This document shows, one piece after another, positions 10,296 through 19,133 of a DNA stretch of 62,978 bases. Origin of the DNA: Bacteroidia bacterium (GTDB lineage Bacteria > Bacteroidota > Bacteroidia > M30B66). The notes under the pieces were generated by a model that worked only from the letters and a program-made list of their open reading frames with translations, was not told where the DNA came from and ran no database searches. The position numbers and the translations under genes are program-made. Positions within the stretch are counted from its first letter, which is position 1; every line of letters starts with the position of its first letter. The DNA is taken from contig JBKCHQ010000076.1 of assembly GCA_046302715.1 (NCBI GenBank), forward strand, positions 1-62,978, read 5' to 3'.

Positions 10296-12521
10296 ATGGG
10301 AAAGAAATCAAAAAAAAATAAAAATGTCGGTCATAAGCTTCTTCTCGAAGATGTGATGGCTTATTTCAAGGCCGAGCCGCGTGCCTTACATAACTACAAG
10401 CAAGTTTGTGCTGGGCTCGGTATTCAAGATTCGGTGGATCGCCTGCAGGTGCTTGAATTGCTCGAAGCGCTAGTGCATCAAGGTCAGTTGGCAGAACCTG
10501 AAACCGGGCGCTTCCGCTACATTCATTTGGAAAGCAGCACCGTGGAGGGGAAAATTGACATGACCAACCGCGGTGCGGCCTATTTAGTGAGTACCGAATT
10601 GGATGAAGATGTTTATATCCGCGAACACGATATGGGCAATGCGCTACACGGCGACTTGGTGAAGGTCAAGCTTTATGCACGCCGCCGTGGACGTAAGCTT
10701 GAGGGCGAAGTAGTGGAAATTGTGCAGCGCGCTAAAACGGAGTTTGTGGGCATTGTGGAACTGAGTCCGAAATTTGCCTTTGTTATACCCGATTCGTCGA
10801 AAATGCCTGTAGATATTTTCGTGGCACTCTCTGATTTAGGGGGTGCTAAACAAGGAGATAAGGTAGTGATAAAAATGCTCGACTGGCCTGAGCATGCCAA
10901 AAATCCATCGGGCGAAATTGTGCGGGTGCTGGGCAGACCGGGAGAGAATAATGTGGAGATGCACGCGATACTCTTGGATTACAACCTACCCATCGATTTT
11001 CCGGAGGCTGTTGAACGCGAAGCCAATGCCATCCCCATGGAAATTTCGGAGGCCGAAATAAAGAAACGCCGTGATTTCAGAGATGTGGTTACGTTCACCA
11101 TCGACCCGATTGACGCCAAGGATTTTGATGATGCATTATCTATCCGCAAACTCGAAAACGGCAATTGGGAAGTGGGCGTGCACATTGCCGATGTTTCGCA
11201 TTACGTAAAACCGGGCAGCTTGCTCGAGGAGGAAGCCTACAAACGCGCCACATCTGTTTATCTCGTGGATCGCGTGGTGCCGATGCTGCCCGAACATTTA
11301 TCGAATGGTGTTTGCTCGCTGCGACCCAACGAAGAAAAACTCACCTATTCGGCGGTGTTCGAAATCGACGATGAAGCAACAGTGCATAACAAGTGGTTCG
11401 GACGCACGGTAATTTGCTCGCAACGCCGCTTTGCTTATGAAGAAGCCCAATCGGTAATCGAAACTGGCGAAGGTGATTTGAAGGATGAAATCCTCACCCT
11501 AAACAAACTCGCTAGAATTCTGCGTGCCAACCGTTTTCACCGCGGAGCTATTGCCTTCGATAAAGTAGAAGTGAAGTTCAGGCTCGACAAGCAAGGCAAA
11601 CCGCTGGGCGTATATTTTAAAATTCAGCAGGAAGCCAACGAGCTCATCGAAGAATTTATGTTACTGGCAAACCGCAGTGTGGCGGAGTTTATTGGTATGC
11701 ATGGTCAGGAAGGCGCAAAAGCAAAGAAAGCTGCTGCTTCTGTAAAGCCCTTTGTGTATCGCGTGCACGACAAGCCCGATCCAGAAAAGCTTAACGAATT
11801 TGCCCGATTTGCCAGTCAGTTTGGATATAAGTTAAAATTCCAGTCAGAAGCCCCAATCAGCAGCAGCCTCAATCAACTTATGGAGCAGGTAAAGGGAAAA
11901 GGCGAGCAAAACGTTATCGAAACGCTGGCCATACGTACCATGGCTAAAGCGATCTACACCACGAAGAATATTGGCCATTACGGCTTGGCATTCAAGCATT
12001 ACACACATTTTACCTCACCCATTCGGCGCTACCCCGATGTAATGGTGCACCGCCTATTGGAAGCCTACATGCACAATAGCCAGTGGGAAGGGCAAAGCGA
12101 GCTGGAGTTCCGCTGCAAGCATTCGTCCGACATGGAAAAGTTGGCTTCAGAAGCCGAGCGCGCCTCCATCAAATACAAGCAGGTGGAATTTCTGAAAGAT
12201 AAAATTGGAGAGACCTTCAAGGGCGTTATTTCGGGTGTTACGGAGTGGGGCATGTTTGTAGAAATTATCGATAACAAATGCGAGGGATTGGTGCGTCTGC
12301 GCGATATGCAGGACGATTATTACTCGTTCGACGAAGAGAGTTACAGCATTGTGGGCAAGCGGTATCGCAAACGCTACCGTTTAGGCGACGAGGTGATGAT
12401 TACTGTGAAGCGTGCGGATTTGGTGAAGAAGCAGCTCGATTTTGCCTTGTTTGAAGATGACTTGTTTTCTGCCCCCAAGCCTATGAAGCCAGGAGGTAAA
12501 AGGAATAAATTTAGACGATAG
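10296..12521 (+). CDS. rnr: Ribonuclease R
   Basis: Cold-shock domains, RNB motif TIDPIDAKDFDDALS, HFTSPIRRYPD, C-terminal S1 domain. Confidence 0.96.
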   Translation: MGKKSKKNKNVGHKLLLEDVMAYFKAEPRALHNYKQVCAGLGIQDSVDRLQVLELLEALVHQGQLAEPETGRFRYIHLESSTVEGKIDMTNRGAAYLVSTELDEDVYIREHDMGNALHGDLVKVKLYARRRGRKLEGEVVEIVQRAKTEFVGIVELSPKFAFVIPDSSKMPVDIFVALSDLGGAKQGDKVVIKMLDWPEHAKNPSGEIVRVLGRPGENNVEMHAILLDYNLPIDFPEAVEREANAIPMEISEAEIKKRRDFRDVVTFTIDPIDAKDFDDALSIRKLENGNWEVGVHIADVSHYVKPGSLLEEEAYKRATSVYLVDRVVPMLPEHLSNGVCSLRPNEEKLTYSAVFEIDDEATVHNKWFGRTVICSQRRFAYEEAQSVIETGEGDLKDEILTLNKLARILRANRFHRGAIAFDKVEVKFRLDKQGKPLGVYFKIQQEANELIEEFMLLANRSVAEFIGMHGQEGAKAKKAAASVKPFVYRVHDKPDPEKLNEFARFASQFGYKLKFQSEAPISSSLNQLMEQVKGKGEQNVIETLAIRTMAKAIYTTKNIGHYGLAFKHYTHFTSPIRRYPDVMVHRLLEAYMHNSQWEGQSELEFRCKHSSDMEKLASEAERASIKYKQVEFLKDKIGETFKGVISGVTEWGMFVEIIDNKCEGLVRLRDMQDDYYSFDEESYSIVGKRYRKRYRLGDEVMITVKRADLVKKQLDFALFEDDLFSAPKPMKPGGKRNKFRR

Positions 12522-12616
12522 GTAGAGTCTGAAAGTATTTTCTAATTTCAGTTACGCATTTAAATTTACTCAAATTAAAGACGCGTTATTTATTTAAAAA
12601 GCCTATTGCTTTTTGT

Positions 12617-13693
12617 TCATTCAACATACCGTTTTAGTATAAATTGCTGTCCTATGATATTTCTCAAAGGTGTTTCGAAATAAATATAGCTAAGTCCAGA
12701 AAGCAGGAGCAATACTAAAAGTGGGATGTAAAATTGGATATAAGCACTGTCAAAACCATATCGATACAAATACAATCTACAGAGATAGAAAACAGGTAAT
12801 TGTAAAATGTAAATGCCATAACTAATCTCTCCCAAAAAGATAAGGTTATTATTGATCAATATTTTCGTCAGGAAGCCTTTATTGATTGAAATAAGAATGA
12901 TCAACGGAACAAATAACAGGGCGAGTAATCCATTGTGAAAACTCAGTTTTACATAAGAAACAACTAAGAAAACAAGAAGCAAGTTAACAAGAATGGCAAT
13001 GTCAGCATTGATTTTTTTTGCATTCAAATGCCGAATGAAAAATAATCCTGCAATGTTTCCAATGATAAATTCATTCAAATGCATCACTGGGAAATAGAGC
13101 ATCAACTCGCCCGAAAAAGCTGGAGGTTCTTGATAATAGCCATAAAATATTCCTAGAAAAAACAACAACTGACTAAGAACCCATATCAAAAGTGCTGGAA
13201 CGAGGAGCTTTTTGAAAGTTAGTTTGGAATAAAAGAAATTGAATAAAAAAGGGAATAGAGCATAAAAGAAGAACTCAACACTAATAGACCAAGCAGGAAT
13301 ATTAAAGACAAGTGCTTTTGTCGGAATCCATGCCTGAAGTAATATGAGATTGAGAAAAATCTCTTTGAAAAAAACACCTTTATTTGATAATGTCAGATAA
13401 AGCAACATCAATAATGAAGCAAGAAAAAAAGCAGGGTAGATGCGAGCAAATCGTTTTTGAAAATAAGAAATTGGCGAAATATTGCCTTTGTTTCCATACG
13501 CTACCATCATAACAAAGCCTGATAGAATAAAAAAATAACTGACTGAAATATTCCCTCTATCGAAAAAAGACTTCAGTAAATCGTAATTAAAGGGTGCTAC
13601 ATTTCTTCCAAAGTGAAAATTAACCACAAGCAGTGAAGCAACAAATCGGGTGAAGGTTAATTGGTCAATTCGATTGTTATTAATGTCTTTCAT
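12617..13693 (-). CDS. Acyltransferase family 3 (OafA/AT3-like) membrane O-acyltransferase
   Basis: RFVASLLVVNFH, VSYFFILSGFV, KRFARIYP, WSISVEFFFY, GEISYGIYILQ. Confidence 0.9.
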   Translation of the reverse strand: MKDINNNRIDQLTFTRFVASLLVVNFHFGRNVAPFNYDLLKSFFDRGNISVSYFFILSGFVMMVAYGNKGNISPISYFQKRFARIYPAFFLASLLMLLYLTLSNKGVFFKEIFLNLILLQAWIPTKALVFNIPAWSISVEFFFYALFPFLFNFFYSKLTFKKLLVPALLIWVLSQLLFFLGIFYGYYQEPPAFSGELMLYFPVMHLNEFIIGNIAGLFFIRHLNAKKINADIAILVNLLLVFLVVSYVKLSFHNGLLALLFVPLIILISINKGFLTKILINNNLIFLGEISYGIYILQLPVFYLCRLYLYRYGFDSAYIQFYIPLLVLLLLSGLSYIYFETPLRNIIGQQFILKRYVE

Positions 13694-13818
13694 ACCTTAC
13701 TCTCTTTGGTTGCACTGCCGCAAGATATATTATTTTACCTAAACAGAATGGGGCTGGTATTAAACTACCACTTGAATCAACTATCATTTCAAAATCTTCA
13801 GTTATAAAAAAACCTATA

Positions 13819-13979
13819 AATAGTGTATTTTCAAAATAGAGCCCCTTGCAAATTCAAAATGATGTATCGTGTAGATTTAAACTTGATTATAGTGCATTTT
13901 CAAAGTTGAATGCCGTGTAATTTCAAAGTAGAGTATAGTGTAATTTCAAAGTTAGGTATAGCGTAAATTCAAAGTTGAT
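13819..13979. repeat. Seven tandem degenerate 23-bp direct repeats
   Basis: Units start at 13819, 13842, 13865, 13888, 13911, 13934 and 13957; consensus TATAGTGYAWWTTCAAAGTTGAN. Confidence 0.9.
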
Positions 13980-14008
13980 TATTGTATTTGATTGTAAAAC
14001 AATTAATT

Positions 14009-15172
14009 ATGGACTCAAATCGCTTAATCAAAAAACAGATGGATGTTTACCTGAAAAAGTACCCTGTTTTGGTATTAACCGGACCGAGGCAGTCGGGTAA
14101 AACCACGTTTCTTAGAGAACAGTTTCCAGACTATACGTATGTGAATTTGGAAAATCCCGACTCGCGAAATTATGCTATCAAAGATCCGAATGGATTTCTA
14201 ACTGAACATTCGCGTTATGTAATATTCGATGAGGTGCAGCGGGTTCCGCACTTATTTTCGTACCTGCAAACCAAGGTAGATGAAGATAACATTACCGGAC
14301 AGTACATTTTATCGGGCTCGCAGAATTTTCATCTCATGCGCAGCATCACCCAAAGCTTGGCAGGTAGGGTAGGATTGTTTAAACTTTTACCCTTCGACAT
14401 TCAGGAGATGGAGCAGGCCGGCTGGCTCGATGATGATTATGCGGTAAATCTGCAAAGAGGTTTTTATCCCGGACTTTACGACCGCGATATTCCTTCCAAG
14501 GTTTTTTACAGCAATTACATTCAAACTTATGTAGAGCGCGATTTGTCGGAACTCATACAGGTGAAGGATCTGAAACAATTCCGCAATTTTATTTCGCTCT
14601 GTGCAGCACGTGTAGGTCAGTTGCTTAACCTAAACTCGCTTGCCAACGAGTGCGGCATATCGCAACCTACTGCAAAATCGTGGATATCGGTGCTCGAAAC
14701 CAGCTATATCCTATATCCCTTGCAGCCGTATTTTTCCAATTTTAACAAACGGATCACCAAGAGCGCGAAAATTTATTTTTACGATACGGGCCTGTTGTGT
14801 TTCTTGCTGAAGATTAATGATGCGTCCAGCTTGAAAATTAGCAAACATAAAGGAAGTTTGTTCGAAAACTATGTAATTAACGAGTATTTCAAACAAAACT
14901 ACCACCGCAACCTCATTCTCGACTTTTGGTTTTGGCGCGATGCAGTAGGCCATGAAATAGACCTGATCTGGCAAAAATCCGAAAAACTCAACTTAGTTGA
15001 AATCAAAGCTACCGAAACGATTATGCCCGATATGTTCAGAGGCTTAAGTTATTTCGAAAAGTTTGTTCCCGAATTAATCGAGAGCAAAACGCTGGTGCAT
15101 ACAGGATTGTTCCATCAGAACCGAACGGCGGGTAAGGTGCAAAGCTGGAAAGAGATTTTGCAGGAGGAATGA
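14009..15172 (+). CDS. AAA_14 ATPase with DUF4143 C-terminal domain
   Basis: Walker A GPRQSGKT, FDEVQR, LSGSQ, KIYFYDTGL, EIDLI..VEIK nuclease-like tail. ATG 14009 is preferred over the track TTG start at 13982. Confidence 0.92.
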   Translation: MDSNRLIKKQMDVYLKKYPVLVLTGPRQSGKTTFLREQFPDYTYVNLENPDSRNYAIKDPNGFLTEHSRYVIFDEVQRVPHLFSYLQTKVDEDNITGQYILSGSQNFHLMRSITQSLAGRVGLFKLLPFDIQEMEQAGWLDDDYAVNLQRGFYPGLYDRDIPSKVFYSNYIQTYVERDLSELIQVKDLKQFRNFISLCAARVGQLLNLNSLANECGISQPTAKSWISVLETSYILYPLQPYFSNFNKRITKSAKIYFYDTGLLCFLLKINDASSLKISKHKGSLFENYVINEYFKQNYHRNLILDFWFWRDAVGHEIDLIWQKSEKLNLVEIKATETIMPDMFRGLSYFEKFVPELIESKTLVHTGLFHQNRTAGKVQSWKEILQEE

Positions 15173-15414
15173 CCGTTTGGTGCCATTGAGAATAGCAATG
15201 TGCAGGAGGCATCGGGGTAATCCCGAGCCCAGCGCAACTCTATCAAATCTTTAAGCCTCAAACTTCATATTTAGCGCAATTCGGCATTAACCGCCAAACC
15301 TCCAAGCACCATCAATAAAATTAAGGATTACAGAAGAGATTCGTATAAAGTTCGGAAGGCAAGAAAAATCGTCTTTGATGCCATCCTATTTGAACATAAC
15401 CATCCAATACCTCT

Positions 15415-15464
15415 AAAAAAGGCATCCTGCGTATATTCTGTTTAATACATTAACGCAGAATGCC
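15415..15464 (-). terminator. Probable intrinsic terminator for the tandem T9SS genes
   Basis: 12-bp stem ggcattctgcgt / acgcaggatgcc with a 20-nt loop, followed by T6 on the minus strand. Confidence 0.55.
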
Positions 15465-15524
15465 ATTGGAAGCAATACTTAAAACAGCTACGATTGTGGA
15501 TATCGAATGCCTTAATGATTTTCG

Positions 15525-16622
15525 TTAATGTATTACCACAATTTTCGATGTCGCAACATAATCCTGTCCTTCGGCTTTTACCAAATAGGTTCCGGAGGTT
15601 AAATCATCGATATCTAAAATCGGTAAATTCCCGTCTCCGACTGAAAAATTCACTTTTTTAATTACCCCTCCGCTAAGATCAAGGAGTGAAACCGTAGCAT
15701 CTTCCTTAAGAAAGACCATAACCTGATGCGCTGCAGGGTTAGGATACAGCCCCAATGATGAGGATGCGTTTAGATTACTATTCCCAACATTAACCTCTCC
15801 ATAGGTGTGATTGGTGCTCGAACTAAAGTTTTCCAGAGGTAGGCCAAAGCCTTGATCTGATGAGGATGTGTCATAGGAAATCGTCCACACCGTGAAACTA
15901 GCTCCATTTTGAATATGTACCCATTCGTAGGTCGTATTGCGGGACTCTGAATAACTGGGATTTGGAAATTTAGGATTTAGAGACAAAATCGTATCCAACA
16001 CAATTTCCCGTCGCTTAAAACGGAGAGTGTTGGGGTAAGTGCCTGAACTGGTTACCAATGTTCCATAGCCATCGACCAAATAGCTCGTATTGCCCGTTAC
16101 AGTATTTTCAGGATCTAAGAGGTTAGCGGGGAAGTTTCCGGGCGATACGTAAGTATCAGCATTTTCACTATTTAAGGTAGCTGGGAAAGCGAAAATTGTT
16201 TCCGGATTGCTAAACACTGAGGCGTAAACTCCCGATAGCGACTGGTCGTACAAAACGGTACCCAACAATTCCATTGCATTGTCGGTTGCGCGGGTATAGG
16301 TGTTGAAATAAAAGGTAAGATCATTTGCAATCGTTTCAATAATCGATACACTTGTAGCTGCGGGGAACTGACTGAAAAATGGTGTTTCTGAAGGATCTGC
16401 AATCTCCACGATGTTGGTTGTGCCCGTGTCAGGAAAAGCGGTGAAATTCCATGTTTGGTTGGCACCTCCCGGACCGGGAGTAATGCCGGTTCCATCAACC
16501 AATGTAGTGGTTTTTGTTGTTCCAAAAGGTGGAAGACCTGAAAGATTGAACACCGGCTGTGCAAGCAGCGGTGCGGCGCATAACAAGCATACTGAAAGCG
16601 CCGAGGCGAAAAAATACTTCAT
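15525..16622 (-). CDS. T9SS type A cargo protein (GANQTWNF family), paralog 1
   Basis: Signal peptide; GPGGANQTWNF; C-terminal LYPNPAAH...LTSGTYLV. Confidence 0.85.
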   Translation of the reverse strand: MKYFFASALSVCLLCAAPLLAQPVFNLSGLPPFGTTKTTTLVDGTGITPGPGGANQTWNFTAFPDTGTTNIVEIADPSETPFFSQFPAATSVSIIETIANDLTFYFNTYTRATDNAMELLGTVLYDQSLSGVYASVFSNPETIFAFPATLNSENADTYVSPGNFPANLLDPENTVTGNTSYLVDGYGTLVTSSGTYPNTLRFKRREIVLDTILSLNPKFPNPSYSESRNTTYEWVHIQNGASFTVWTISYDTSSSDQGFGLPLENFSSSTNHTYGEVNVGNSNLNASSSLGLYPNPAAHQVMVFLKEDATVSLLDLSGGVIKKVNFSVGDGNLPILDIDDLTSGTYLVKAEGQDYVATSKIVVIH

Positions 16623-16648
16623 ATTACAAGGATAGATTTAGGTTAATC

Positions 16649-17695
16649 TTAGCGCGTAATAACTAATTTGCCAAATGCCGAATAGCCCTTAGCTGTTGCC
16701 TGAACGATATAGGTTCCAGAAGGAATATCAGAAACATTCATTAGGGGCATTGAGCCATCTGCTATAGAATAATCCTGCACTCGAACAGTGCGGCCTCCAA
16801 TATCTAAAAGCGAGACACGGGCATCATTAGGAAGCATAAACAATACTTGATTGCTGGCCGGATTTGGAAAAATAGATAAAAGTGCAGGCGACATGGATTC
16901 AATGCCTACATTGGCAAAATTGCCTTGCGTGTGTATAACACTTTGAGTGTAGGTATCAGGTTGACCAAAAGTGCCAAGGGTAGTGTCGTTAGAAATCGAC
17001 CAAATGCCTAATGTTGCCCCAGGCCCCACAGTTACCCATTCGTAGGTGGTGTTTCTTGCTTCTGTTATAAAATCGCCAAAGTCGGTGATGGTTGAATCAA
17101 TGCTTATGTCACGCTTTTTAATGCGTAAGGTATTGGAATAGGTTCCTGCTGTTGTAACAAGGGTTCCATAGCCATCTATGACATAATTTTGCGTTCCTGT
17201 TGATACAAAAGTAGCCCCAAAATCGGCAATAAATGCCTCGCTTCGGTAAGTATCACTAAGGGTGCTATTGTAAGTGCCCGGAAATCCATAAATAGTTTGC
17301 GGATTAGTGTATACGTTGTTGAACTGGGTTGTGCCATCAGAAAAGGCCGCTCCTACCAATTCTAAAGCTGCCGAAGATTCTTTAATATAACCATAAATAG
17401 CGGATGTATCCGTAATATTGGCGTATGCAATTGTAGCCGATGGAAAGGTTGATGCAAAAGGAGTTGACTCGGGAGAAACAAATGTGAAAGAGTCCACTGC
17501 ACCGGTATCGGGATAGGCAGTAAAATTCCAGGTTTGATTGGCTCCCGCAGCACCCGGACTAATTCCTGCAGCATCAACAGAGCTTGAAAAAATAACGGTT
17601 CCCAAGTCGGGCATGCCACTCAAATTCATGGTGGGTTGCGCCATAATGCCTGCGGCTGTTAACAGAGATGAAAAAAGTAGTAAAGTTGATTTCAT
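16649..17695 (-). CDS. T9SS type A cargo protein (GANQTWNF family), paralog 2
   Basis: Signal peptide; GAAGANQTWNF; C-terminal IFPNPASN...IPSGTYIV; second in-frame ATG chosen as start. Confidence 0.85.
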   Translation of the reverse strand: MKSTLLLFSSLLTAAGIMAQPTMNLSGMPDLGTVIFSSSVDAAGISPGAAGANQTWNFTAYPDTGAVDSFTFVSPESTPFASTFPSATIAYANITDTSAIYGYIKESSAALELVGAAFSDGTTQFNNVYTNPQTIYGFPGTYNSTLSDTYRSEAFIADFGATFVSTGTQNYVIDGYGTLVTTAGTYSNTLRIKKRDISIDSTITDFGDFITEARNTTYEWVTVGPGATLGIWSISNDTTLGTFGQPDTYTQSVIHTQGNFANVGIESMSPALLSIFPNPASNQVLFMLPNDARVSLLDIGGRTVRVQDYSIADGSMPLMNVSDIPSGTYIVQATAKGYSAFGKLVITR

Positions 17696-17768
17696 GGATT
17701 TGTATTTAAATTTAAACATGTCAAAACTAAAGCAAATATATTCAGAGATATATGACTAAAAATTGCTT

Positions 17769-19133
17769 TTAAATTAAACTTTCAACAAAGTACATATCAA
17801 TAGCGCCTTTGCCTTTGGCCTCAATTTTTCCACGGTAGGTGCACTGATAGTAGTCTTTAACCAGGGAATAGGTAGAATCCGAAATATTTACCTTGCCGGG
17901 CTCGCCCGAACTTTCCATGCGGCTAGCCATGTTAACGGTATCGCCCCAAATATCGTATTGAAATTTATGAGTCCCAACTACGCCCGCAACAACGGGACCG
18001 CTATGCAAGCCGATGCGCACATCAAAAAAGGGATCACGATTAAGCAAAGCTCTGCTTTTATTGGCATCAATCCATAATTTTATTTCGAGGGCGGCTTTAA
18101 CGGTTTTATAAGCATGGTCGGGGTCATTTAGCGGAATACCGCCCACAGCCATATAGGCATCACCAATGGTTTTTATTTTCTCAACCCCGTTGCGTTCCAT
18201 TATGGCATCAAATTCTGAAAAATAGGTATTAATTAAATCCACCAGATCCGAAGTGTTTAAACGTTCCGAAATTGCAGTAAACCCTTTAAAGTCGGTAAAC
18301 AATACCGTTGTATTTTGATATAAGCGTGCCTTCGTGAAACCCGTCTCTTTTAATTCATCCGCTATGCGATGGGGCAAAATATTCAGCAACAGATTGTCGC
18401 TTTTTTCTTTTTCCTTCATTACCTGAACGTTTTGCTCACGAATGGTATCGGTTGCTTTAGCTACCTCCAGTTCCAGCTTTTCGGCGCGCTTAATAAGCCG
18501 ATAATTTCTCCAGCCGATAAAACTCCATACAGAGGCCACTGTTAAAACGATATAAACACCAATCATCCAAATAGTTTTCCACCAAGGCGGGCAAATTTCA
18601 AAGTCGAAGGGCTCAGCCTGGCTCCAGTTTTTTCCGTTACGCGTTGACTTCACTAAAAACCGATATTTGCCCGGCTCAAGATTGGCATATCTAACCGCCG
18701 TAGCATGTTGCTGGCTGCTCCAATAATCGTCGGCACCTTCGAGCATCCATGAATATTTAATATTTGAAGCTTGATACTGGCTTACTCCTGCAAACGAAAA
18801 CGAAATAAAATTATTGGTGTGCGGCAGAACAAGATTTTTTGGCAATTGATGCCATTTGTCAAAAGAGGCATATTCAACGGGGCCGAGCTTAATGCCTGCA
18901 GGGGTAGTCACCTCTTTTTGAAAAATACTGCGCCAATCATGATTTTCACCGAAGAGATTAACACCATTAACATGGGTTTCATGAATATTGCTTTTTAAGG
19001 ATACTTCATCATGTTCCATTAGGCTTATTTGTGAATTTGAAATAATCCACGTTTTGCCATCTGTTGTATTTATAGCACCATCACGTACAATGCCCACTCC
19101 CGTAAAGCCATCTTCAAAGGCAATTTGTTGCAT
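17769..19133 (-). CDS. Y_Y_Y-TM-class III adenylate cyclase; C-terminal part of a split sensor cyclase
   Basis: YSWMLEG..YRFLVKS (YYY), TM helix, TVLFTDFKGFT, KIKTIGDAYM, FQYDIWGDTVNMASRMES. Confidence 0.9.
   Translation of the reverse strand: MQQIAFEDGFTGVGIVRDGAINTTDGKTWIISNSQISLMEHDEVSLKSNIHETHVNGVNLFGENHDWRSIFQKEVTTPAGIKLGPVEYASFDKWHQLPKNLVLPHTNNFISFSFAGVSQYQASNIKYSWMLEGADDYWSSQQHATAVRYANLEPGKYRFLVKSTRNGKNWSQAEPFDFEICPPWWKTIWMIGVYIVLTVASVWSFIGWRNYRLIKRAEKLELEVAKATDTIREQNVQVMKEKEKSDNLLLNILPHRIADELKETGFTKARLYQNTTVLFTDFKGFTAISERLNTSDLVDLINTYFSEFDAIMERNGVEKIKTIGDAYMAVGGIPLNDPDHAYKTVKAALEIKLWIDANKSRALLNRDPFFDVRIGLHSGPVVAGVVGTHKFQYDIWGDTVNMASRMESSGEPGKVNISDSTYSLVKDYYQCTYRGKIEAKGKGAIDMYFVESLI

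Noticed and set aside
13819-13979. 23-bp array as a CRISPR or TIGR-type guide array
   Set aside because: Units are contiguous with no unique spacers, and there are no cas or Nop-domain genes nearby. Kept only as a tandem repeat.
15173-15420. Possible decayed gene on the minus strand (signal-peptide-like SLILLMVLGGLAVNAELR between stops)
   Set aside because: Short, several stops and no recognisable family; cannot be distinguished from chance.
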